Source: Flavobacteriaceae bacterium
GTDB taxonomy: Bacteria > Bacteroidota > Bacteroidia > Flavobacteriales > Flavobacteriaceae
Direction of reading: 5' to 3'
Assembly (NCBI GenBank): GCA_026988075.1
Contig: JALSLZ010000156.1
Location: 1-43,901 of the forward strand
DNA: 43,901 nucleotides
Shown here: positions 8,926 through 16,867 of the stretch, piece after piece
How the letters are laid out: each line of letters opens with the position of its first letter
Numbering within the stretch: the first letter of the stretch is position 1
The notes under the pieces: model-generated
Told to the model about the DNA's origin: nothing
Database searches by the model: none
The model's input: only the letters and a program-made list of their open reading frames with translations
Translations under genes and position numbers: made by a program

Positions 8926-10032
8926 TTATAAATATTGTTTGTATATATTTTTAGCAATTATTTCATCATTAAAGCGTTGTGCATAATCAAACCCTTTTTC
9001 TTCCATTTCCTTTTTTTTGTTGGTATTGTTTAAGACTAAATTAATTGCCGATGAAATTTCTGAAACTTCTAACGGGTTTACATAAATAGAATTTGCTCCA
9101 CCAGCTTCTATAAAACAACCGTCTTTTGAACTTATTACAGCAGTTTTTGAGTATAATGCTTCAATTATTGGTATGCCAAAGCCTTCAAAAATACTTGGAT
9201 ATACAAAAAGAGTTGCTAATTTATAGATAATAGCCAATTCGTTTAATGCTACATTTTTTAAAAATTGCACTTTGTGTAATAAATTATTATCTGCTATATA
9301 TTGTTTTACTTTTTTAGCGTAATCGGATTTATCATTACCGATGACCACTAATTTAGTGTCTATATTTTTTATAGATTTGACTAAGTTTAATAAATTTTTA
9401 CGTTCTTCAATTGTGCCAACATTAAGAATAAAGTTAGTTGGAAGGTTGAACTTATCTTTCGTTTTATTTATTAATTCGATACTGTGTTCTTTTTTAAAAG
9501 CATTTGCACAACCTTGATAAACTACTTTTATTTTTTCAGTTTTGACATCTAAAAATTGTACTATATCTCTTTTGGTTTGTTCGGATATTGCAATAACAAC
9601 ATCTGCCGTTTGCGCTGCATATTTAAACTTGTTAAAATGTATTTTTCTGTCAAAAAAAGAATATAATTCAGGGTAACGCACAAAAATTAAATCATGTATT
9701 GTAACAATGGTTTTTATGTTTGTTTTACCGATACCTCTTGGTAATTCACCACTCAAACCGTGATATATATCAATTTTATCTTTAACCAATTGTTTTACGA
9801 TGGCTCTTTGCCTCCAAATTGAAGATAATTTTTTCCAAAATTTAGATTTAGGTAAAACTTCAATGTTGTTATTTGCTAATTTGTAACGATTAACTTTTTT
9901 TGATTTTGGGTTATATAAATAATATATATTGTTAGGATAATGCTTAGATAAAATACGTAATAAATCTCTACTGTAGTTTCCTAAACCAGTAGTGTTATGA
10001 AAGGCTCTTTTAGCATCATACCCTATTTTCAT
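8926..10032 (-). CDS. glycosyltransferase family 4 (GT-B, retaining)
   Basis: 368 aa. C-terminal EX7E-type motif PSIFEGFGIPIIEALYS. N-terminal YDAKRAFHNTTGLGNYSR is typical of GT4 mannosyl/glucosyl-transferase-like proteins. Confidence 0.8.
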   Translation of the reverse strand: MKIGYDAKRAFHNTTGLGNYSRDLLRILSKHYPNNIYYLYNPKSKKVNRYKLANNNIEVLPKSKFWKKLSSIWRQRAIVKQLVKDKIDIYHGLSGELPRGIGKTNIKTIVTIHDLIFVRYPELYSFFDRKIHFNKFKYAAQTADVVIAISEQTKRDIVQFLDVKTEKIKVVYQGCANAFKKEHSIELINKTKDKFNLPTNFILNVGTIEERKNLLNLVKSIKNIDTKLVVIGNDKSDYAKKVKQYIADNNLLHKVQFLKNVALNELAIIYKLATLFVYPSIFEGFGIPIIEALYSKTAVISSKDGCFIEAGGANSIYVNPLEVSEISSAINLVLNNTNKKKEMEEKGFDYAQRFNDEIIAKNIYKQYL

Positions 10033-10093
10033 AATTGATTTATTTTCTATTTAATGAGTTTGTTTTTTAATTAAAAATAATTTTCTCTCTGTT

Positions 10094-10915
10094 TTAAACA
10101 GCTACATCATTTTCACGTAGCGCATCGTTTAGCGAAGTCTTTTTATTTGTACTTTCTTTACGTTTACCAATAATTAATGCACAAGGAACATTGTAACTTC
10201 CAGCTTTGAATTCTTTTGTATAACTACCAGGAATTACTACCGATCGTTCAGGTATTACACCTTTAGTAATTATAGGTTTATTGCCAGTAACGTCAATAAT
10301 TTTAGTACTCATAGTTAAAACGACATTTGCGCCTAAAACAGCTTCTTTTTTTACGTGTATTCCTTCAACAACAATACATCTTGAACCAATAAAACAATCG
10401 TCTTCAATAATAACAGGCGAAGCTTGTAATGGTTCTAAAACACCACCAATTCCAACGCCACCGCTTAAATGTACATTTTTGCCAATTTGCGCACAACTTC
10501 CAACTGTAGCCCAAGTGTCTACCATAGTTCCGTGATCAACATAAGCGCCAATATTTACATAGCTTGGCATTAAAATAGTGCCTTTTGAAATATACGAACC
10601 GTAACGAGCGACAGCATGTGGTACAACACGAATTCCTTTTTCTTTATATCCTTTTTTTAACGGAATTTTATCATGGTATTCAAATATACCAACTTCCATT
10701 GTTTCCATTTTTTGAATAGGAAAATACATTACTACTGCTTTTTTAACCCATTCATTAACTTGCCATCCTGTTTTTGTAGGCTCGGCAACACGTAATTTAC
10801 CTTTATCTAACAAGTCAATAATGTCACGTATTGCGGTTGAATATATTTCTCGTTGTAGTAACTCTTTGTTTTCCCAAGCGGTTTCGATAAGTAACCTTAT
10901 TTTATCTATATTCAT
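10094..10915 (-). CDS. dapD: 2,3,4,5-tetrahydropyridine-2,6-dicarboxylate N-succinyltransferase
   Basis: 273 aa. Left-handed beta-helix hexapeptide repeats (GAYVDHGTMVDTWATVGSCAQIGKNVHLSGGVGIGG) with a DapD-type N-terminal domain. Confidence 0.9.
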   Translation of the reverse strand: MNIDKIRLLIETAWENKELLQREIYSTAIRDIIDLLDKGKLRVAEPTKTGWQVNEWVKKAVVMYFPIQKMETMEVGIFEYHDKIPLKKGYKEKGIRVVPHAVARYGSYISKGTILMPSYVNIGAYVDHGTMVDTWATVGSCAQIGKNVHLSGGVGIGGVLEPLQASPVIIEDDCFIGSRCIVVEGIHVKKEAVLGANVVLTMSTKIIDVTGNKPIITKGVIPERSVVIPGSYTKEFKAGSYNVPCALIIGKRKESTNKKTSLNDALRENDVAV

Positions 10916-11001
10916 ACTTTAATTTTATGGCTTAAATACTTTTTTTAAACAACAAAAATAACATAATGCTAACTACTTTTGTTATTTTATTAATAAAAAA
11001 G

Positions 11002-11009
11002 TATTTTTG
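11002..11009 (+). promoter_or_regulatory. -7 promoter box (TAttTTTG) for ruvX-def
   Basis: Lies 20 nt upstream of the ATG at 11029 and inside the longer track ORF that starts at 10966. This argues for the shorter start. Confidence 0.45.
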
Positions 11010-11028
11010 CCAAAATTCAAACGAATAT

Positions 11029-11451
11029 ATGGCGAGGATACTTGCAATTGATTACGGTAAAAAACGAACAGGTATCGCTGTAACAGATGAGTTACAAATT
11101 ATTGCTTCGGGTCTTACTACTGTAAATACAAAAGATTTTTTCACTTTTATAAAAAAGTATTTAGAAAATGAAAATGTAGCACTTTTTATTGTTGGAGAGC
11201 CAAAACAGATGGACTATACACCGTCAGAAAGTGAAGCTTTAATAGTGCCGTTTATAAAAAAACTGCAAGAAAAATATCCAAATATTCCAATGAAAAGAAT
11301 TGACGAACGCTTTACATCAAAAATGGCATTTCAAACCATGATTGATAGCGGAATGTCAAAAAAGAAAAGAAGAAATAAAGCGTTACTTGACGAAATTAGC
11401 GCTACAATAATATTACAAACATATTTGAATGGTGATAATTTTAAAATATAA
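11029..11451 (+). CDS. ruvX: Holliday junction resolvase RuvX (YqgF family)
   Basis: MARILAIDYGKKRTGIAVTD is the canonical YqgF N-terminus. The track ORF starts at 10966, but its extra 21 aa are hydrophobic, non-conserved and overlap the promoter box. Confidence 0.9.
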   Translation: MARILAIDYGKKRTGIAVTDELQIIASGLTTVNTKDFFTFIKKYLENENVALFIVGEPKQMDYTPSESEALIVPFIKKLQEKYPNIPMKRIDERFTSKMAFQTMIDSGMSKKKRRNKALLDEISATIILQTYLNGDNFKI

Positions 11452-11472
11452 CATTCAAAATTTACGAAAATT

Positions 11473-12054
11473 ATGATTTTACCTATTATAGCAATCGGAC
11501 ATCCTGTACTTAAAAAAAAGTGTGTCGATATTGATAAAGACTATCCTGAATTAGATAAGCTTATCAAAAATATGGAGGAAACAATGCGTAATGCCTTTGG
11601 TGTTGGTTTAGCAGCGCCACAAATAAACAAAGCAATCCGCTTATTTTTAGTAGATGCAACTCCTTTTGCAGAGGATGAAGATTTAGACGAAAACGAAAAA
11701 ACTTTTTTAAGTAATTTTAATCGAGTATTTATCAATGCAAAAATAACCAAAGAAGAAGGCGATGAATGGGTTTTTAACGAAGGTTGTTTAAGCATACCAA
11801 ACATTAGAGAAGATGTTTTTAGAAAACCAACCATTACAATTGAATATGTAAATGAAAAATTTGAACCTCAAAAAGAAGTATTATCAGGTTTAGCAGCTCG
11901 AGTAGTACAACATGAATACGATCACATTGAAGGAATTTTATTTACCGATAAATTATCCTCTTTAAAAAAGAGATTGATAAAAAAGAAAATTGAAAACATA
12001 AAAAAAGGGAAAGTAGCTGTAGATTACAGAATGAAATTTCCTAATAAAAAATAA
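11473..12054 (+). CDS. def: peptide deformylase
   Basis: All three PDF motifs are present: GVGLAAPQ, EGCLSIP, QHEYDHIEG. Confidence 0.95.
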   Translation: MILPIIAIGHPVLKKKCVDIDKDYPELDKLIKNMEETMRNAFGVGLAAPQINKAIRLFLVDATPFAEDEDLDENEKTFLSNFNRVFINAKITKEEGDEWVFNEGCLSIPNIREDVFRKPTITIEYVNEKFEPQKEVLSGLAARVVQHEYDHIEGILFTDKLSSLKKRLIKKKIENIKKGKVAVDYRMKFPNKK

Positions 12055-12087
12055 ATTAATAAGCTTCGTGCTTTAATAATTAACAAC

Positions 12088-12507
12088 ATGACATTAAAAA
12101 AATTAATAGTAGTTTCTGGTAAACCAGGAATTTTTAAAATTAGCAACCAAACAAAAGCAGGTTTATTGGTTGAAACCTTAGATAGTGATAGAAAATTTCC
12201 TATACATAACATGCATAATGTAAGTAGTTTAAACGATATTGCGATCTATACTTATGAAGATGAAGTGCCATTAAGAGAGGTTTTTACAACGATTCATAAC
12301 AAGGAAAATGGCAAACAAACCATTAGTCATAAAGCAAGTAAAAATAAACTAACAGCATTCTTTAGTGAAGTTTTGCCAGATTATGATACAGAACGAGTAT
12401 ATCCGTCAAATATTAAAAAAGTCATACAATGGTACAATCAGTTGGTAGATGCTAAGTTTGATTTTTCTACTTTAGATAGTAAAGAAAACACTGAAGAAGA
12501 AGAGTAG
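12088..12507 (+). CDS. DUF5606 domain-containing protein
   Basis: 139 aa. LKKLIVVSGKPGIFKI...GLLVETL matches my memory of the conserved Bacteroidota protein found downstream of def. Acidic C-terminal tail. Confidence 0.6.
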   Translation: MTLKKLIVVSGKPGIFKISNQTKAGLLVETLDSDRKFPIHNMHNVSSLNDIAIYTYEDEVPLREVFTTIHNKENGKQTISHKASKNKLTAFFSEVLPDYDTERVYPSNIKKVIQWYNQLVDAKFDFSTLDSKENTEEEE

Positions 12508-12555
12508 AAGTAAAGGTGTGTTTTAGATTTAATAACAAAAATAGCTCGTAATTTA

Positions 12556-13359
12556 ATGCTAATGATTGAACAATTACATTCAAAAGAACAAAAAATAGCA
12601 GCTTTTTCAAGGTTACTCGATATTATGGACGATTTACGAGAAAAATGTCCGTGGGATAAAAAACAAACTTTTGAAACACTTAGACATTTAACTATTGAAG
12701 AAACTTACGAACTTGGAGATGCGATTTTGGACAATGATTTAACCGAAATTAAAAAAGAATTAGGCGATTTGTTACTTCATATTGTCTTCTATTCAAAAAT
12801 TGGCTCTGAAACCAGCACATTTGATATTGCAGATGTTTGTAACGAAATATCTGATAAATTAATATATAGACATCCACATATTTATAGCGATGTTAAAGCA
12901 GAAACAGAAGTAGAAGTTAAGAAAAATTGGGAGCAATTAAAGCTGAAAGAAGGAAAAGGAAGAAAGTCTATATTAGAAGGTGTTCCAAAATCATTACCAG
13001 CATTAGTTAAAGCCAGTAGAATTCAAGATAAAGTTGCTGCTGTAGGTTTTGAGTGGGAAAACACTAAGCAAGTACTAAAAAAACTTCAAGAAGAGATAGA
13101 AGAATTTGAAGTTGAAAAAAATAATAAAAATCAAGTTCAAATGGAAGCCGAGTTTGGCGATGTTTTATTTGCCTTAATCAACTATGCACGATTTAATAAA
13201 ATTAATGCCGAAGATGCTTTAGAACGAACCAATAAAAAATTTATTGAAAGATTTAAATTGATAGAGTTAGAAGCGAAAAATAATAATACTGAAATTTCAG
13301 AATTGCCGTTAAATGACTTGTTAAAGTTTTGGAATAAAGCAAAACTTAAAATTAAATAA
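12556..13359 (+). CDS. mazG: nucleoside triphosphate pyrophosphohydrolase MazG
   Basis: 267 aa with two MazG repeats (EETYELGDAI/ELGDLLLHIVFYS and EEFEVE.../EFGDVLFALINYA). Confidence 0.9.
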   Translation: MLMIEQLHSKEQKIAAFSRLLDIMDDLREKCPWDKKQTFETLRHLTIEETYELGDAILDNDLTEIKKELGDLLLHIVFYSKIGSETSTFDIADVCNEISDKLIYRHPHIYSDVKAETEVEVKKNWEQLKLKEGKGRKSILEGVPKSLPALVKASRIQDKVAAVGFEWENTKQVLKKLQEEIEEFEVEKNNKNQVQMEAEFGDVLFALINYARFNKINAEDALERTNKKFIERFKLIELEAKNNNTEISELPLNDLLKFWNKAKLKIK

Positions 13360-13409
13360 ATAGTTCAAAAAAAAACATTAAATTAGCAAATCACAATACT
13401 CTTTAAATA

Positions 13410-14795
13410 ATGAAATTACGACTACTCTTATTACTATTCGCTACACTACTATTATCTACATCTTGTGGTGATAAAAAAGTCATTGCTGCATTTGGATTCA
13501 TGAATGAAAAGTTAGAAGAATCAAATAATGTACTTAATGTACGAAATGACACCAATAAACAAATATTAGATGTTGAAATAGCTAAGCATCCTAATAAATA
13601 CAAACATATTAAAGAGCGTTCAGAACGCGTTTCAATCATTTCGGGTGATTTTTACAATTATTTAGAAGATGTAAAAGATATTATTTACGAAGCACATTTT
13701 GAGCAAGGAGAAAGTAGAGAGCAATATGAAAAGCTAAGTAGTAGTGATTTTTTAGATGATTATTTTTTTAAAAGTAATAAGTATTCAGCCGAAGGTCAAG
13801 AGTTTTTAGACAATACAAAAAGATTTAAAAAGGATATTGCATCAGCTTTAGGGCGTGGTTTTTCAACCATTGCAGCAATTGTTAATGCCCGTTTTAGAAC
13901 GGATGATATTAAAGGGAAAAACAATGAGATTATTCCTTGGGTAAACTTTAAATTTAAAGGCTTTCCTGCAATTACATCCATTACAAATATAACTCAAATG
14001 CAAACAGACCTTAAATTGATAGAAGGAGAATTGTTAGCATCTATGATTAGTGGCGAGTTTGAGCGTGAAATGGCATTAAGAAACTTTGTCGGAATTGTAG
14101 AGCTTGATAAAAATGCTTACTTAGAAGGCGAAGTTGTACGTGGTAAAATATTATTAGGTAGATATGATACTTCGGTAATACCTGAAAACGTGATTGTAAA
14201 CGGGACAAAAGTTGATCCGAGATATATTAAAGAAGGCGAAATTAAACTAGCTTTTAAAGCAACAGGAATGGGCGAACATCCACTTGATGGTGTTTTTACA
14301 GTTTTTGAAGAAGGACAACCTGTACAAATACGATTTAATAGCAGTTATTCTGTAATTAGAAAATACAGATACGAAGGTTCTGATCCTGAAAATCCAGTTG
14401 AAATTACCGAAACAGAAACACCTGTTGTAAAAGCAAAACCTAAAAAAACTACACCAAAACCAGTTTTAGCTTTTGATGAAGCTACCGTAGAGTTAGAAGG
14501 AACGATTAAAGGTAAATACGGATTTTTAAACATGACTAAAAGTCAAGTTAAAAACGCAATTATTGGAGCCGTACATTACGATTCTAATAAAACGTACAAA
14601 GCAGTAGATTTTTCAATTAAAATTGATGGTTCTCCAGCTATTCGAGTTAAAGGTAATAGATTAAACCCTAAAGCAAGAAAAGCCTTAGAAAAAGTAAGAA
14701 GAAACCAACGCATTAAAATTTATAACATTAAAGTTGTTTCAAGTTCAGGTGCTAGGTTAACTAAAATACAGCCTATAACTGTAAAAATAAAATAG
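13410..14795 (+). CDS. GldM-family protein (shortened, orphan paralogue of the gliding/T9SS protein GldM/PorM)
   Basis: 461 aa. VIAAFGFMNEKLEE, FKFKGFPAITSI, VELDKNAYLEGEVVRGKILLGRYD, DGVFTVFEEGQPVQIRFNSSY and the C-terminal FSIKIDGSPAIRVKGNRLN...IKIYNIKVV parallel, from memory, F. johnsoniae GldM blocks (ISAFGLMNEKFE, HFKGFPAIAS, VVLDKNAYFQGEKVTGKVVLGRYD, FNMKIAGQPTVVVTGNKMN). Confidence 0.7.
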   Translation: MKLRLLLLLFATLLLSTSCGDKKVIAAFGFMNEKLEESNNVLNVRNDTNKQILDVEIAKHPNKYKHIKERSERVSIISGDFYNYLEDVKDIIYEAHFEQGESREQYEKLSSSDFLDDYFFKSNKYSAEGQEFLDNTKRFKKDIASALGRGFSTIAAIVNARFRTDDIKGKNNEIIPWVNFKFKGFPAITSITNITQMQTDLKLIEGELLASMISGEFEREMALRNFVGIVELDKNAYLEGEVVRGKILLGRYDTSVIPENVIVNGTKVDPRYIKEGEIKLAFKATGMGEHPLDGVFTVFEEGQPVQIRFNSSYSVIRKYRYEGSDPENPVEITETETPVVKAKPKKTTPKPVLAFDEATVELEGTIKGKYGFLNMTKSQVKNAIIGAVHYDSNKTYKAVDFSIKIDGSPAIRVKGNRLNPKARKALEKVRRNQRIKIYNIKVVSSSGARLTKIQPITVKIK

Positions 14796-14821
14796 ACAAT
14801 AATTAAATCAGCGAAGTTATT

Positions 14822-16798
14822 ATGCAAAAAGAATTAAAACTTTCTAGCTGGTTGCCTACCACTAAAAAAGAAGTAAAATTAAGAGGTTGGGATCAATTAG
14901 ATGTGATTCTATTTAGTGGCGATGCTTATGTAGATCATCCTTCTTTTGGACCTGCAGTTATTGGTCGAATTTTAGAAAGTTATGGCTTAAAAGTCGCTAT
15001 TGTGCCACAACCAAGTACTCACGATAGTTTACAAGATTTTACTAAATTAGGAATGCCAAAATTATTCTTTGCAGTTACTGCTGGTGTAATGGACTCTATG
15101 GTCAGTAATTATACTGCCAATAAATGGAAAAGAGATAAAGATGCCTATACGCCAAATGGTGATAAGGGTTTTAGACCAGATTATGCAACGACTGTTTATT
15201 CTAATATTTTAAAAGATAAATTTCCAGATACACCAATTGTTATTGGCGGTATTGAAGCGTCACTGCGTAGAGTAACACATTATGATTATTGGAGTGATAA
15301 GTTAAAACCCAATATTTTAACCGATTCAAAGGCAGATTTATTAGTTTACGGAATGGGAGAATTGCCTTTACGGGAAATTGTGAAGCTTTTACAAAAAGGA
15401 GTTCCGTTTTCATCATTAAAAACAATTAAGCAAACTGCTTATTTAAAAGATGATGATATTCCTTTACAAAAAAATAAAAAGTGGGAAGATAAAATATTGC
15501 ACTCGCATGAAATTTGTATAAAAGACAAAAAAAAATTTGCAGCAAATTTTAAAATAATTGAGCAAGAATCAAATAAAGTTTTTGGCGCAAGAATTTTACA
15601 AGATGTAAAAAGTAAAACCTTAGTCATTAATCCACCATACGCAACAATGACTGAAAAAGAAATTGATGCTTCATTTGATTTACCTTTTACTAGGTTGCCA
15701 CATCCAAAGTATAATAAGCGTGGTCCGATACCTGCATTTGAAATGATTAAATTTTCAATTAATATTCATAGAGGTTGTTTTGGTGGTTGTAGTTTTTGTA
15801 CAATATCGGCACATCAAGGTAAATTTATAGCAAGTAGGTCACAAGAATCAATACTTAAAGAGGTTGATAAGGTGGCAAATATGTCAGATTTTAAAGGTTA
15901 TTTGTCCGATATTGGTGGTCCATCGGCAAATATGTATAAAATGAAGGGTAAAATACAGTCAATTTGCGATAAATGTGTTGCGCCTTCTTGTATTAATCCT
16001 GTAATATGTAGTAATTTAGATACTTCACACAAGCCTTTAACAGAATTATATCAAGCAGTAGATAAACACCCAAAAGTTAAAAAATCTTTTATTGGTAGTG
16101 GTATTAGGCATGATATGCTTGTACCTGAATTTAATAAAAATGCAGACCCAAAAGAATTAGATGCTTATACCGAAGAGGTAATGACCAAGCATGTTTCTGG
16201 CAGGTTAAAAGTTGCTCCAGAACACACTTCAGATCCTGTTTTAAAATTAATGCGTAAGCCGTCTTTTAAGTATTTTCATAGTTTTAAAAAACGATTTGAT
16301 AGAATAAATAAAAAGTTAGATTTAAAATTACAATTAATTCCTTATTTTATTTCAAGTCATCCAGCAAGTGAATTAGAAGATATGGCAAATTTAGCTGCCG
16401 AAACTAAAGATATGGGTTTTCAATTAGAGCAAGTACAGGGTTTTACGCCAACTCCAATGACTGTTGCTACTGTAATTTATTATAGCGGTTATCATCCGTA
16501 TACTTTGCGAAAAACAAAAACACCAAGAACCAAACAAGAGCGTGAAGATCAACATCGCTTTTTCTTTTGGTATAAAAAAGACAATCAAAGTTGGATTAGA
16601 AATAGCTTGTTAAAAGTAAAAAGATTTGACTTGTTGGAACGTTTACTTCCAGAGAAAAATAATGCTAAAAACTCAAAAGAATTTAAAAGTGTTTTGCCAA
16701 AAAACAAAAATGCAAGGCATAAGCAGTTAAGTTTACCTTCTGAATTTCCAAAATCAAGAAAAAAAGATAAAAGAAGAAAGAAAAAACGCAAAAGATAA
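14822..16798 (+). CDS. ygiQ: YgiQ family radical SAM protein (UPF0313)
   Basis: 658 aa. Radical-SAM CX3CX2C cluster HRGCFGGCSFC and the YgiQ-type N-terminus WLPTTKKEVKLRGWDQLDVILFSGDAYVDHPSFG. Polybasic tail. Confidence 0.85.
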   Translation: MQKELKLSSWLPTTKKEVKLRGWDQLDVILFSGDAYVDHPSFGPAVIGRILESYGLKVAIVPQPSTHDSLQDFTKLGMPKLFFAVTAGVMDSMVSNYTANKWKRDKDAYTPNGDKGFRPDYATTVYSNILKDKFPDTPIVIGGIEASLRRVTHYDYWSDKLKPNILTDSKADLLVYGMGELPLREIVKLLQKGVPFSSLKTIKQTAYLKDDDIPLQKNKKWEDKILHSHEICIKDKKKFAANFKIIEQESNKVFGARILQDVKSKTLVINPPYATMTEKEIDASFDLPFTRLPHPKYNKRGPIPAFEMIKFSINIHRGCFGGCSFCTISAHQGKFIASRSQESILKEVDKVANMSDFKGYLSDIGGPSANMYKMKGKIQSICDKCVAPSCINPVICSNLDTSHKPLTELYQAVDKHPKVKKSFIGSGIRHDMLVPEFNKNADPKELDAYTEEVMTKHVSGRLKVAPEHTSDPVLKLMRKPSFKYFHSFKKRFDRINKKLDLKLQLIPYFISSHPASELEDMANLAAETKDMGFQLEQVQGFTPTPMTVATVIYYSGYHPYTLRKTKTPRTKQEREDQHRFFFWYKKDNQSWIRNSLLKVKRFDLLERLLPEKNNAKNSKEFKSVLPKNKNARHKQLSLPSEFPKSRKKDKRRKKKRKR

Positions 16799-16840
16799 AA
16801 AACCAATTTAATTGTTGAATCAAATTGGTTTTCTATTTTT
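16797..16840. terminator. bidirectional rho-independent terminator between ygiQ and the M4 peptidase gene
   Basis: AAAACCAATTT (16799-16809) pairs with AAATTGGTTTT (16822-16832). The hairpin is flanked by an A-run and a T-run and lies between convergent genes. Confidence 0.6.
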
Positions 16841-16867
16841 AAATTAAATTATTTATTATTTACCGAG

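Noticed and set aside
4221-10535. + strand ORFs 4221-4442, 7332-7532 and 10281-10535 inside pseI, pseC and dapD
   Set aside because: They lie entirely antisense to strongly recognisable enzymes, have no recognisable motifs, and are typical shadow ORFs of AT-rich DNA.
10966-11028. N-terminal extensions of ruvX (10966), lpdA (19785, TTG), purE (35353) and trxA (43404, TTG) given in the ORF track
   Set aside because: The extensions are non-conserved-looking, overlap promoter boxes or terminator hairpins, and the conserved N-termini begin at internal ATGs.
11541-16806. Minus-strand ORFs 11541-11834, 12024-12212, 13403-13639, 13796-13981, 14345-14533, 15240-15425, 15439-15627 and 16585-16806
   Set aside because: All are antisense shadows within or overlapping def, DUF5606, the GldM-like gene and ygiQ, with no signal, motif or promoter support.
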